From contig OZ316894.1 in assembly GCA_973895155.1 (NCBI GenBank), positions 7,960,234-8,024,233 on the forward strand: 64,000 nucleotides of DNA, given 5' to 3'. A program made the position numbers and the translations under genes. The DNA comes from Marsupella aquatica (taxonomy: Eukaryota > Plantae > Marchantiophyta). Positions 1-12,170 of the stretch are shown here, in pieces (position 1 is the stretch's first letter; each line of letters opens with the position of its first letter). The notes beneath the pieces are model-generated. The model saw only the letters and a program-made list of their open reading frames with translations. It was not told the DNA's origin and did not search any database.

Positions 1-79
1 GACATCTCAAAACTTGCAAGTAAAGTCTACTTCTATGCAACTACAACAACCCTAAAATGTCTTACAGAAATATCCTCAG

Positions 80-2957
80 CTAATCATCTCTTGTGTCCTC
101 AACACTTTCAACAACTCCTAAAGAGTCAAGTCCTATGATTTCCTCCTCTCCAACTCCTATCTCTGATATTGGTAGAATGGTCTCTTGAACATCAACATCT
201 AAATCCACCATGCCTTTGCCATCATCTTCCTCAATGTTGTCCACCAGGTTTAGAATTCTCCCTTTCAAGACACTGCTCTGGCGCTCATCAATTTCTACAG
301 CAACACAATGTCTTCCTTGTGCCAAAGAGGAAGACAATCATGTGCCTGACCCTGAACAAATATCTAGCACCCAGTCTCCAACCTGGCTAAAGTGGGTAAC
401 TTCCCAATCCAATAACACTCTTGGCTTCTGGTAAAAGTTCACCATCTTATTGTCCCCGTTGTATTTCAACTTATTGGTCACAGCTGGACACACAACCACA
501 TTATTTCGAGACTCATTAGTCTCAAAATTGAAATGCTCCAAAGACCGTTTCCCATCCTGACTATGAAAGCCAATGGTGAAACACTCAAAATTGTTGTTAA
601 GCCTTGCACCTCCTACATTCTTAACATTGTCTTTCACCCTACAAAAACCAAAACTTGCATTATGGATTTGTTTCAAAATCAACCATCATGAAATGATGAA
701 CACCAAAAAAACATATTCACCTTTTGAAATGTTTCTTACCAAATACAATTCTGGAAACCACCATTACACTCAGCTTTCAAGACAGTCTTGACAGCATCAT
801 ACTGACCGTCAATACTATGATGAATGATAATTCGCCAAAGATTTGCCTTGGTGACAACCTTGAAGGACTGAACCATCTTGGTCACCTCTTCCACACCCCA
901 TCCAACATTGTCTTTGTGAAGACAAGCAGTCATTCCAAACCCATAAGGAATATCTGCCAAAGCCAATGTGTAAGCTCATGATGGGATTACCTCGTGCAAC
1001 TGCTGAGCATCGTGTGTAAATATATCATAGTACACATCCCCAAACTGTGGATGCTCAAAAGCATTAGGATGAAGTTCACTTCCCTAGGTCTCTTGGCAAG
1101 ATTTCTTAATTGCCAACCAATTCTGTGCTTGTGCAATATGTGCATTGAACTTATCTGGGAAGGACTTCAACTTTTTGCTTTCTTCATTCTCTCCCTTCTT
1201 TTTCCGGGAGCTGCTGTCTTTCTGAGAAAAAAAAATTGGGTACATGAGATTCCTACATACTTAAGAATAAAACTGTAAAACAAATGCTCAGTCAATCTCA
1301 AATAAACTTACCCAAGTCTGGAAGACAGGAACAAAATTCTTCAGCACATTATCAGTGCAGTGTTCTGGGTACTTGGTTTTGAAATTCTTCCAACTCTCTT
1401 CGTGAAGACAGGTAAGAAATGCTTTTTGAACTTGCATTTGGAATTTGTGTCGTTGAAATTCCTGTCCCATCTCTTGAAGAGATAATTCCTTTGCCAAAAC
1501 CCTTTGTAGCACTGGACAGATCATGTCCGGATCTTTCAATGCTTGTATGTGTCTCCACTCAGTCAACTTCATATCCTCACATAGCATTTTAGCATCTCCA
1601 GACTTGGATATCTTTTTCTTGGTCTTATCTCCTTTCAGTCCTTTTATCTCACAATTCTCCCATCTGTCAAAGATTTGCCGTATGAAAGACCAAACAAGAT
1701 CCTTACGAAATGCCAATTGAAATAAATTATCATTGGCATTCAGAACCTCAGAATCTTTACGTACACCCCAGTCCTTTAGATTGATTTCAGTGGCACACTC
1801 CTTCTTGAAATCAACATTTGATGATGCTCCATTAGAACTCTACAAATCGCATGTGAATGTAATTCACTCTTTGGATGGTGCTCATTTGTTGACGAAATTC
1901 AGAGTCTATATTATGACTCCAAGCTAAGTTCCTTGCTTCCTGGATAGACAAGCCTGCAAAGATCCAAGATTGCACTCTCCTGTACGACTTGTTGTTGGGA
2001 AATTGTAATGCCAGGTCTGCCTTTGCACAAGCAGAATGATTTCCCCCCAATCACGTAATAGTGGTAATCATTCTTTTTTGAGAAATCAAAATCAGCTCGA
2101 GTTGGGCACTCCTTGGGATCAACCATTAGAACAAAAGGTGCTGCCAATGGACTAGCTCCAGCTGCTTTCATCCTTGTTGTCAACTGTGTAAGAAAGTAGG
2201 GTTGGATATGCCTTACTTGGTACACTGGCAACTCCAAAGATTTCTCTCGGACAGGTGGGTGAAGTTGTGCAATGTCAATTGTGATTGTCTCCTCTTGAAC
2301 TCCACACCTCATCAAAATCCCTTCCTAGTACACCACCCGAGCATCCATAGACATAGATTGAGCCTTCTACTCTAGATGAGTGGGGACTTTTTCCAACGTC
2401 TGCTTCTTGGATTTTGGTGGACTCGGACGAGATCCGGAAGGAGTAGAAGAAGGACCAGACTTTGGTGGACGGGTACTGGCACTCTTCTCTGCTGCTTTTG
2501 AAAGAATCTCCCTAGACTTTTGAATTGCACTCTTCAATGTGCTGGCATGATGTTCAAACACAAAACCAGCAATGAGCTCTGCAATCTCATCGTAGCTTTC
2601 TTCTGCAGACAGATTCTTCACCTTCTCAATAATCATCTCAATGTCATCAAGAAAGTAACAATGTGCAGCTCTTCCAGAAAATCTCTCACTGTCAACTGCA
2701 ATCAGTGTAGATGTCTCCGTTGTTGTGATAAGCATATTGAGGACATCAGCCCCTCGTCGAAAGACATCAATCCGGCCATAATTCACCCAACCAAGACCTC
2801 CAGAAGGCAAGGTCTTGTAGATGCACAACATCAAAAAAGGCTTCTTCCACGATTCTGTACCCAATGATATTGTCTAGGAAGAGTTTCCAAAATCTGTCAA
2901 AGGATGCTCAACGAAAATAGCGTCTAACACCTTCTCCTATGATTTTGGTTCAACCAT
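80..2957 (-). pseudogene. Intron-containing ParB/Srx-like domain + beta-class N6-adenine/N4-cytosine DNA methyltransferase, inactivated by stops and frameshifts
   Basis: Joined minus-strand frames give a ParB-like segment (VRHIQPYFLTQLTTRMKAAG..APFVLMVD..YYVIGG/NHSACAKADL..GLSIQEARNLAWSHN, ~2230-1900). Amino-MTase motifs follow in beta order: motif IV LALADIPYGF (~966-937), motif X NFYQKP (~440-425), motif I VLDICSGSGT then AQGRHCVAVEID (370-290). In-frame TGA at 340-338, several TAG stops, frameshifts near 2045 and 1835. GT donors near 1311 and 740. Confidence 0.85.
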
Positions 2958-3279
2958 TCTGACTTCCTGAAATCAAGTCCAACAATGCAAAGTTAGCTCT
3001 GTTTGTTTTTCAAGTTCAGTTGCAGAATTCAGGTTCATGATTTCATGAAGCAAGGTTCTTACCTTGATAGTGGAGTCGGAAGTTGAATTTGCAGCGCCTG
3101 TTGTTCCCGCTTAGAAGAGTGTCACTGGTATTTTTATCCCTGATTTTGGCTTAGCTTATCTCCTTCACCTCCCTGGCAGATGCCTAAGCTGATCGACCCC
3201 TCCCCACTTAATATCGTTTGCAATGTCCTCCCCAATTTGGACCTCGTCCCTTCGGCAATGGTCGATCCTCCCCAGGCCT

Positions 3280-3830
3280 TCGACTAAAACTCCCTCTCTC
3301 GGCCTTTGACTATTGCTCCCTCCCTCGCAGCGCCTCGACAATTTTCCTCCCCCCCGGCCTTAGCCAATTTCTTCCTCCCCCCGGCCTTCGCCAATTTCTT
3401 CCTCCCCTGGCGCTTCGACTATTTTCCTCCCCCTGGCCTCGACACTTTTTCCTCTCCCCAGCCTCCAAACGTTTTCCTCCCCCCGGCCTTGACAATTTTC
3501 TCCCCCCGGCCTCCACACGTTTTCCTCCCCCCGGCCTTGACACTTTTTCCTCCCCCCGGCCTCGACACTTTTTCCTCCCCCCGGCCTGCTCCTCGACACT
3601 ATTTCCTCCCCCAGGCCTTTGCCAATTTTTCCTCCCCTGGCCGGTGCTTCGAGTAATTCCCCTCCCTGAGGCCGGCGCTTCTTCCCCGCGCCCCCGGCTG
3701 CGCCTCGACAATTTTTCCTCCCCCCGGCCTTTGCCAATTTTGCATCCCTCCCCTGGCCTTCAAAAATTTCTCCTCCCTCCCATGAACTTTGCCAATTTCC
3801 TCTCCCCAGGCCTTCGACAATCCCTCCCCG
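3280..3830. repeat. C-rich minisatellite, ~27-30-bp unit (TTTTCCTCCCCCCGGCCTCGACAC-like), roughly 18-20 degenerate copies
   Basis: Directly visible reiteration of TTCCTCCCCCCGGCCT; explains the Pro- or Gly-rich spurious ORFs in several frames. Confidence 0.9.
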
Positions 3831-4479
3831 AAAACTCTCTCCTGAGCGCAAACTTGCACGACAGCTTTTGATCTTGCTGTCTCCTAACCAAATTTCTTCC
3901 ACTCCTTCCACGATTAATCCTCCATTCCACGACCGATCTGCGCCTCAACAGCCAGGAAATTACAGAGCTGCACCAGATGTTGGTCCGCCCCCGATTTTCA
4001 GTTCCAGTTTAGGGATTCAACCCAACTCCTATTCAGACCACACCAATCACTGAGGGAAGAGCTTTCCATAGCACCAAGCTTTAGCCCACCATATATAGCT
4101 CTTCGCCAAGCTTCCTTTCCGTTCGCGCTTTGCAGATGCACGCCCACACTCCAAGCACCTGACAGTCCAATTTGTCTCAAACTTAGCATTTTCTAATTTT
4201 TGGGGTCATGAATTCATGAAGCTTTCGCCACCTCCACTTCAGAAATCCAGGAAGGTCGTAACCCTTCATGAATTCATGAAAGGGAATCAAGTATCATTTT
4301 GAAAGAATCTAGTGAAAAGTCAAAATTTGGGCCAAAAATAACCAATACCATGGGTAATAGAAATACAAGAAAAACCAAGAAAACCCCTAAAAACAGGGGT
4401 CATCGAAAACATTTTTGGTTGCAATTGAATAGTCTCCCACTAGAAGAAAACAGGGCCCTTTATGACCAATCACCCAATG

Positions 4480-5400
4480 ACAGAGATGAATAAATGACCA
4501 AAAGTTTTAATGACACAAAAAGAATGACGGGGGAATGACTGTCCACAATGACCAATAGACTGAAATGACAAAATGTTAATTTTTTCGTCATTTTGTATAA
4601 TGTCTATAATGACTGATGCGACCAAAATGACCCAATTTCCCTAAATGGTCAATTTAGACACATGTCTTAAATGACACAATTAATAACAACAATGATAAAT
4701 CAGTGTTTAGCAACATTATAGTCACTCTGGACAATGACTGAAATGACCAAAAATCTATTTGCATCATTTTGGACAACGGTGATAAATGACAAAAAATGTA
4801 TTATCGTCATTTTAACCAACGGTGTTAAATGACAAAATTTAGGGTCAATCTGAAAATGAGAATATATCAGTGTTTACAACAACATATTGTCATTATGGAC
4901 TTCTGCCATAAATGACTAACTCTAGGGTCAATCTTGAAATTAGGACATATTAGTGTTTACAAGAACATACCGTCATTATGGACTTCTCTCATAAATGACA
5001 AAATTTAGGGTCAATCTGAAAATGAGAATATATCAGTGTTTACACAACATATTGTCATTATGGACTTCTGCCATAAATGACTAACTCTAGGGTCAATCTT
5101 GAAATTAGGACATATCAGTGTTTACAAGAACATACCGTCATTATGGACTTCTCTCATAAATGACTAACTCCACAGTCAATCTTGAAATTAGGATATATCG
5201 GTGTTTTCAACAACATACTGTCATTATGGACTTGTCGCATAAATGACTAAATATAGGGCAATCTAAAAATCAGGATATATCAATGTTTACAATAACATAC
5301 AGTCATTATGGACTTATTACATAAATGACTACTTATAGAGTCATTAAAGAACCCAAGAGATATGAAGATTAAAATACTCAATAGTCATTCCAGACACCTA
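4480..5400. repeat. CACTA left subterminal region: dense AATGAC/GTCATT motifs in both orientations, including an ~82-bp tandem array (~4825-5340, 6-7 copies)
   Basis: Unit TAAATGAC..TAGGGTCAATCT..AGTGTTTACAA..GTCATTATGGACTT is repeated. Typical location for TnpA-binding repeats. Confidence 0.88.
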
Positions 5401-5414
5401 TCATAATTGTAGAG

Positions 5415-8400
5415 TCATACACCTTTGGAGTGATTTTCCAGAAGTGTCATCATATATGGATGCGCGCATACTATCGTATCCATGGGGCAAATGAAACCTT
5501 TTTGTCTCTCCAAGAAGTAGGGCAATACCAATGGAAGGTTGTCATGCTTTGTTGTAATTGTGTCATGTTTGTGCCGGTGTTTGGACGGGGAATATTTTAA
5601 TTTGCAAATAAATGCATGCATACCATCACATCCAAAGGCAAATAAAAGTTGTTTTTTGGTTCTCCAAGAGGTAGTGCTGCCCCAATGGAATGGGCAGGGG
5701 AGTAATGCTTCTCAGTATGGTGTGGGTGCATTCTCAGTATGGTGTGGGTGCAGGTTTAGGGAAGAGGAATATTCCAACCTTGCAAGGAATCTAAAGCTAG
5801 CTCTCTTTGGAGGTACTAGGGCCTTTATTGGGTCATATGTGAGCAATGGCCCGTCATAAATGCCAATGACTAAAAGTAGGGTCATTAAAATTGTCATATG
5901 GAGAGTCATATCAGTCTAATGACTGGATTTGTGGTCATTTGAGGGGTCCCTTATGTAGTCATTAAGGAAAAGCACAAATGACCATTTTGGGGCTAGGGGC
6001 TTGAGGTGGGCCCTAGAGTGCCATGGGCCCCACATAGAGGTGAGAACCCCTCCACTAGGTGCGGGACACTATACTCATCATTGTCCAACCACTAGTTGCG
6101 ACATAAACACTTTGGGCACATGTTTTTGTGTTTCCTTAAGGCATGATGCACCTTTGGGGAAATCACTCCCAAGTCGTACGACTTTGGAGTGATTTGCCAA
6201 AAGTGCAACCATGGATGTATACCATCACATCCAAAGGCAAATAAAACCTGTTTTTTGGTTCTCCAAGAGGTAGTGCTGCACGAATGGAATGGGCAGGGGA
6301 GTCGTGCTTCTTAGCATGGTGTGGCTGCGGGATTAGGGTTTGGGAATATTCCAACCTTGCAAGGAATCTAAAGCTGGCTCTCTTTGGAGGTACTAGGGCC
6401 TTTATTGGGTCATATGTGAGCAATGGCCCGTCATAAATGCCAATTACTACAAGAAAGGTCATTAAAATGGTCACATTGGATGTCATATAAGTGGAATGAC
6501 CTGAATTATTGTCATTTGAGGGGTCCCTCATGCAGTCATTAAGGAAAAGCACAAATGACCATTTTGGGGCTAGGGGCTGGAGGTGCGCCCTAGAGTGCCA
6601 TGGGGCCCCACATAGAGGTGAGAACCCCTCCACGAGGTGCGGGACACTATACTCATCATTGTCCAACCACTAGTTGCGACATAAACACTTTGGACACATG
6701 TTTTTGTGTTTCCTTAAGGCATGATGCACCTTTGGGGAAATCACTCCCAAGTCATACGACTTTGGAGTGATTTTCCAAAAGTGTTGCCATGCATGCACAC
6801 CATCACATACAAAGGCAAATAAAAGTTGTTTTTGGGTTCTCCAAGAGGTAGTGCTGCCCAAATGGAATGGGCAGGGGAGTCATGCTTTTAGGGTATGGTG
6901 TGGGTGCAGATTTAGGGAAGAGGAATATTCCAACCTTGCAAGGAATCTAAAGCTGGCTCTCTTTGGAGATACTAGGGCCTTTATTGGGTCATATGTGAGC
7001 AATGGCCCGTCATAAATGCCAATGACTAAAAGTAGGGTCATTAAAATTGTCATATGGAGAGTCATATCAGTCTAATGACTGGATTTGTGGTCATTTGAGG
7101 GGTCCCTTATGTAGTCATTAAGGAAAAGCACAAATGACCATTTTGGGGCTAGGGGCTTGAGGTGGGCCCTAGAGTGCCATGGGCCCCACATAGAGGTGAG
7201 AACCCCTCCATTGCGTGCGGGACACTATACTCATCATTGTCCAACCACTAGTTGCGACATAAACACTTTGGACACAAGTTTTTGTGTTTCCTTAAGGCAT
7301 GATGCACCTTTGGGGAAATCACTCCCAAGTCGTACGACTTTGGAGTGATTTGCCAAAAGTGTTGCCATGCATGCACACCATCACATACAAAGGCAAATAA
7401 AAGTTGTTTTTGGGTTCTCCAAGAGGTGGTGCTGCACCAATGGAATGGGCAGGGGAGTCGTGCTTCCCTGTATGGTGTGGGTGCGGGTTTAGGGAAGAGG
7501 AATATTCCAACCTTGCAAGGAATCTAAAGCTGGCTCTCTTTGGAGGTACCAGGGCCTTTATTGGGTCATATGTGAGCAATGGACCGTCATAAATATCAAT
7601 GACTAAAAGCAGGGTCATTAAAACTGTCATATGGAAAGTCATATCAGTCTAATGACTGGATTTGTGGTCATTTGAGGGGTCCCTTATGCAGTCATTAAGG
7701 AAAAGCACAAATGACCAGTTTGGGGCTAGGGGCTGGAGGTGGGCCCTAGAGTGCCATGTGACCTCACATAGAGGTGAGAACCCCTCCACTGCGTGCGGGA
7801 CACTATACTCATCATTGTCCAACCACTAGTTGCAACATAAACACCTTGGACACATGTTTTTGCGTTTACTTAAGGCATGATGTACCTTTGGGGAAATCAC
7901 TCCCAAGTCGTATGACTTTGGAGTGATTTGCCAAAAGTGTTGCCATGCATGCACACCATCACATACAAAGGCAAATAAAAGTTGTTTTTGGGTTCTCCAA
8001 GAGGTGGTGCTGCACCAATGGAATGGGCAGGGGAGTCGTGCTTCCCTGTATGGTGTGGGTGCGGGTTTAGGGAAGAGGAATATTCCAACCTTGCAAGGAA
8101 TCTAAAGCGGGCTCTCTTTGGAGGTACCAGGGCCTTTATTGGGTCATATGTGAGCAATGGACCGTCATAAATATCAATGACTAAAAGCAGGGTCATTAAA
8201 ACTGTCATATGGAAAGTCATATCAGTCTAATGACTGGATTTGTGGTCATTTGAGGGGTCCCTTATGCAGTCATTAAGGAAAAGCACAAATGACCAGTTTG
8301 GGGCTAGGGGCTGGAGGTGGGCCCTAGAGTGCCATGTGACCCCACATAGAGGTGAGAACCCCTCCACTGCGTGCGGGACACTATACTCATCATTGTCCAA

Positions 8401-10580
8401 CCACTAGTTGCGACATAAACACCTTGGACACATGTTTTTGCGTTTACTTAAGGCATGATGCACCTTTGGGGAAATCACTCCCAAGTCGTATGACTTTGGA
8501 GTGATTTGCCAAAAGTGTCACCATGGATGCATACCACTATTCCAAACGCAAATGAAGCCCTTTTTTGTCTCTCCAAGAGGTAGCGCAACACCAATGGAAT
8601 GGGTGTGGTAGTGGTGCTTCCCTCTATGATGTGTCTGATGTTTAAAGGTATACGATTATTCCATTTTTGCAAGGAATGTAGAGCGGGCTCTCTCTGGCGG
8701 TGCTAGGACCTTCTTTGGGTCATTTTTTAACAGAGTCATGTCATAAGTGTCAATGACCACAAGTAGGGTCATTGAATTGGTCATATGGGATGTCATATAA
8801 TTCAAATGACTGGACTTGTTGTCATTTGAGGGGTCTCTAGTGCAGTCATTGAAGACAAGCATGAATGACCAATTTGGAGCTAAGGGCTGGAGGTGGGCCC
8901 TAGAGTGCCATGTGGCACCACATAGAGCTCGCAACCCCTCCACTAGGTGTCAAATACTATAATTACTATTCTCCAACCACTAGTTGCACCATTAGCAGTT
9001 TGGAGCCATATTTTTGTGTTTACTTAAGGGATGATATAATCTTGGGGAAATCACTCCCAAGTCGTACGACTTTGGAGTGATTTGCCAAAAGTGTCACCAT
9101 TGATGCATACCATCCTATCTAAAGGAAATGAAGCCATTTTTTTGGTCTCTGCAAGAAGTAGTGCAAGGCTGTTGTCGTTCCATGTAATTGTGTCATGTTT
9201 GTGCCGGTGTTTGGATGGGGAATATTCTATTTTGCAAATGAATAGTGATGGGGCACTCAAGAAGGTAGTGTAATCTTCATTGAGTCATTTCTGAAAAAAT
9301 TGGTGTCATAAATACCAATGACTACAAGTAGGGTCATTAAATCTGTCATATGGGCTGTCACATAAGTCAAATGACTGGATTTGTGGTCATTTGAGGGGTC
9401 CCTTGTGCAATCATTAAGCAGAAGCACAAATGACCAGTTTGGGGCTAGGGGCTGGAGGTGGGCCCTAGAGTGCCATGGGGCCCCACATAGAGGTGAGAAC
9501 CCCCTCCACTAGGTGCGGGACACTATACTCATCATCGTCCAACCACTAGTTGTGCCATGAACACTTTGGACACATGTTTTTGCATTTACTTAAGGCATGA
9601 TGCACCTTGGGGAAATCACTCCCAAGTCATACAACTTTGGAGTGATTTGCCAAAAGTGTCACCATGGATGCATACCACCGTATCCAAGCGCAAATGGAGC
9701 CATTTTTTGTCTCTCCAAGAAGTAGCGCAACACCAATGGAAGGTTGTCATCTTGTGATGTAATTGTGTCATGTTTGTGCCGGTGTTTGGATGGGGAATAC
9801 TCCATTTTGCATATGAATAGACTTAAGGCATTGTGAGTAGGTGTTGTAATCTTCATTGGGTCATTTTGGAGGAATAGTGTGTCATTAATGCCAAAGACTG
9901 CAGTGAGGGTCATTTTGGCAGTCCTTTTGGAAGTCATTTGTGCCAAATGACTCCATATGGGGTCATTATAGAGGTCCCTCATGGTGTCATTACGTACCAT
10001 CAGAAATGACCCTTTTGGGTCTAGGAGCTTAAGGTGGCCCTAGTGTGCCATGGGGCTCTACATGAAGGTGGCAACCTCTCCACAAGGTGCGGGGTACTAT
10101 ACCCACCGTACTATTCTCCAACCACTAGTTGCACCATGAGCACTTTGGAGCCATGTTTTTGCAATTACTTAAGGGATGATGCAACCTTGGGGAAATCACT
10201 CCCAAGTCATACAACTTTGGAGTGATTTGCCAAAAGTGTCACCATGCATGCATACCATCCTAAGGCATGCATACAAAAATTGTTTTTGTCTCTCCAAGAG
10301 GTATATAGTGCAATACTAGTGGAAGACTATGTCCTTCTATATAACTATGTCATGTTTGTGCCAATATTTGGATTTTGGATATATTCTATTAAATTCCAAA
10401 GGAATTGTAAAGGGGCACTCCGAGAGGTAGTATACTCTTCATTGGGTCATTTTCACATAATGTGTGTCATTAATGTCAATGACTACAATAAGGGTCATTT
10501 TGGTAGTCAGTTAGAGGTCATTTGGAGCAATTGACTGCATATGTGGTCATTAGAGAGGTCCCTCATGGTGTGTCATTAAT
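5415..10580. repeat. 578-bp tandem repeat array (~9 copies) inside the CACTA element
   Basis: AATCACTCCCAAGTC recurs near 6161, 6739, 7317, 7895, 8473, 9049, 9615 and 10194. Near-identical spurious ORFs are spaced 578 bp apart (7319/7897, 7404/7982). Central copies are almost identical; edge copies are diverged. Confidence 0.95.
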
Positions 10581-11159
10581 GGAAACACCTCAAATTAGGG
10601 TAATCTTGGTTGTCATACTAGAGGTCAGAAGTACCAAATGACTGGAAATGTGGTCTTTACAAAGGCTATTGGGGGGTTCTCTTTGGAGGTACAAGGGAGT
10701 TCATTGGGTCATTTGTGAATTAAATGGTGCTTCAATCTGAGGACTAAACGTGGGGTCACTCACGCTGTCATATTGGAAGCCATTAATGTTGGCATATTGG
10801 AGGTCATATAGTCATGGGAAGGCTCACTTATTAATGCTTTGGTGTAATGCTCTCAAAAACTCTTACACAACATAGCCTCATATGTAGTGGTCATGTAGCA
10901 TGTAAGGGACCCTATAATTGTGCTTGAGTCATGAATGAGGGTTTCTCTCAATTGAGTCAGGAGTGGAGAGCTATTAAATGCTAATATTTGGATGAGTATC
11001 ACTATCATATGGTGAGACAATAAGGTAGTCCAAAATGGTGTTCATGCATGCGGGTTATGGGTTTATATCGCGGGCATATATCGGACCTTTTATATCGCTA
11101 GCATCATTTTTTATATATAACATTGGTCCTTAACATTCTTGTTGGCACCTACACAAACA

Positions 11160-11350
11160 GCCATGACCTTATGGGGGGGGTCGTGACATTATGAGTTATT
11201 AACCTTGCCTTCCCTACTTAGGGCCTTATGGGGGCGTCCGGACCTTGTTATTAACCTCTATAGTTGGTATTTCCCTAGGGCCTTATGGGGGGGGGTTTAC
11301 ATTGTTATTAACCTAGTCTCAACTTCCCTAGGGCCTTATGGGGGGTCCAG
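11160..11350. repeat. ~55-60-bp degenerate tandem repeat (GGCCTTATGGGGGG..TTATTAACCT..TTCCCTA), ~4 copies
   Basis: CCTTATGGGGG visible near 11167, 11224, 11281 and 11334. Confidence 0.7.
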
Positions 11351-11918
11351 ACATGTGAGAGATATTGTCAGAATATAACCCTAATTAATGACCCACAATA
11401 TCCACCATCCCCATCCAACAGAATACCTTACCTTTACGGGGTTTAGGGGTCTAGCATTAGGTTTTTCCCGCTAAGTGTTCTTGCGTACCAACAGGAGCCC
11501 TTTTTCCTGAAAAAACATCGAGAGGGCAACGCTCGATGTGCTCATTTCTTGGCATGCCTTTGTGTGCACATTGCAAGGGCTTAGGGTTGCGCAGCGTTGT
11601 GCTCCATTCCACCAAGCTTCGACACCCTTCGAAGCGTTGGGCGAGGCATTGTTCGGGCAAGCATTGGGTGAGGCATTGTTTGAGTGAAGCGTTGGACGTG
11701 GCATTGTTTTAGTGACCATTTGCAAGGTTTAGAGGAGGAGCTCCGACCCGAAGCCATTCAGGCTACAATTGTTTTTGAGCTTGTTGCGCGCGGTCGGCGG
11801 AGCACCTCGGTAGGACTTGGGAGCTTCTTTGGAGGACCCTGCGCTTTGGAGGACATTCGGGCTTTGGAGTGCCCGATTGCAGGGTCAAGGCAATAGCTTC
11901 TTTACATTTGTCATTGTT

Positions 11919-12170
11919 GCGGGTGAGGAGCGGAGGATGAGCTGCAATCGGCGATAAGCTGCGGGTGAGGAGCGGAGGATGAGCTGCAATCGGCGATAAG
12001 CTGCGGGCGAGGAGCGGAGGACGACCTACAATCGGCGATAAGCTGCGGGCGAGGAGCGGAGGACGACCTACAATCGGCGATAAGCTGCGGGCGAGGAGCG
12101 GAGGACGACCTACAATCGGCGATAAGCTGCGGGTGAGGAGCGGAGGACGAGCTGCAAATCAGCGACGAGT
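11919..12170. repeat. 42-bp tandem repeat (GCGGGYGAGGAGCGGAGGAYGASCTRCAATCGGCGATAAGCT), ~6 copies
   Basis: Copies start at 11919, 11961, 12003, 12045, 12087 and 12129; a degenerate tail runs to ~12240. Confidence 0.93.

Noticed and set aside
3218-3948. Several 86-217-aa Pro-rich or Gly/Arg-rich ORFs
   Set aside because: Artefacts of the C-rich minisatellite being open in multiple frames.
5415-10580. Recurrent small ORFs and regularly spaced palindromes resembling a CRISPR or attC-like array
   Set aside because: Sequences between the palindromes are themselves near-identical repeats rather than unique spacers; the context is eukaryotic with no cas or integrase gene.
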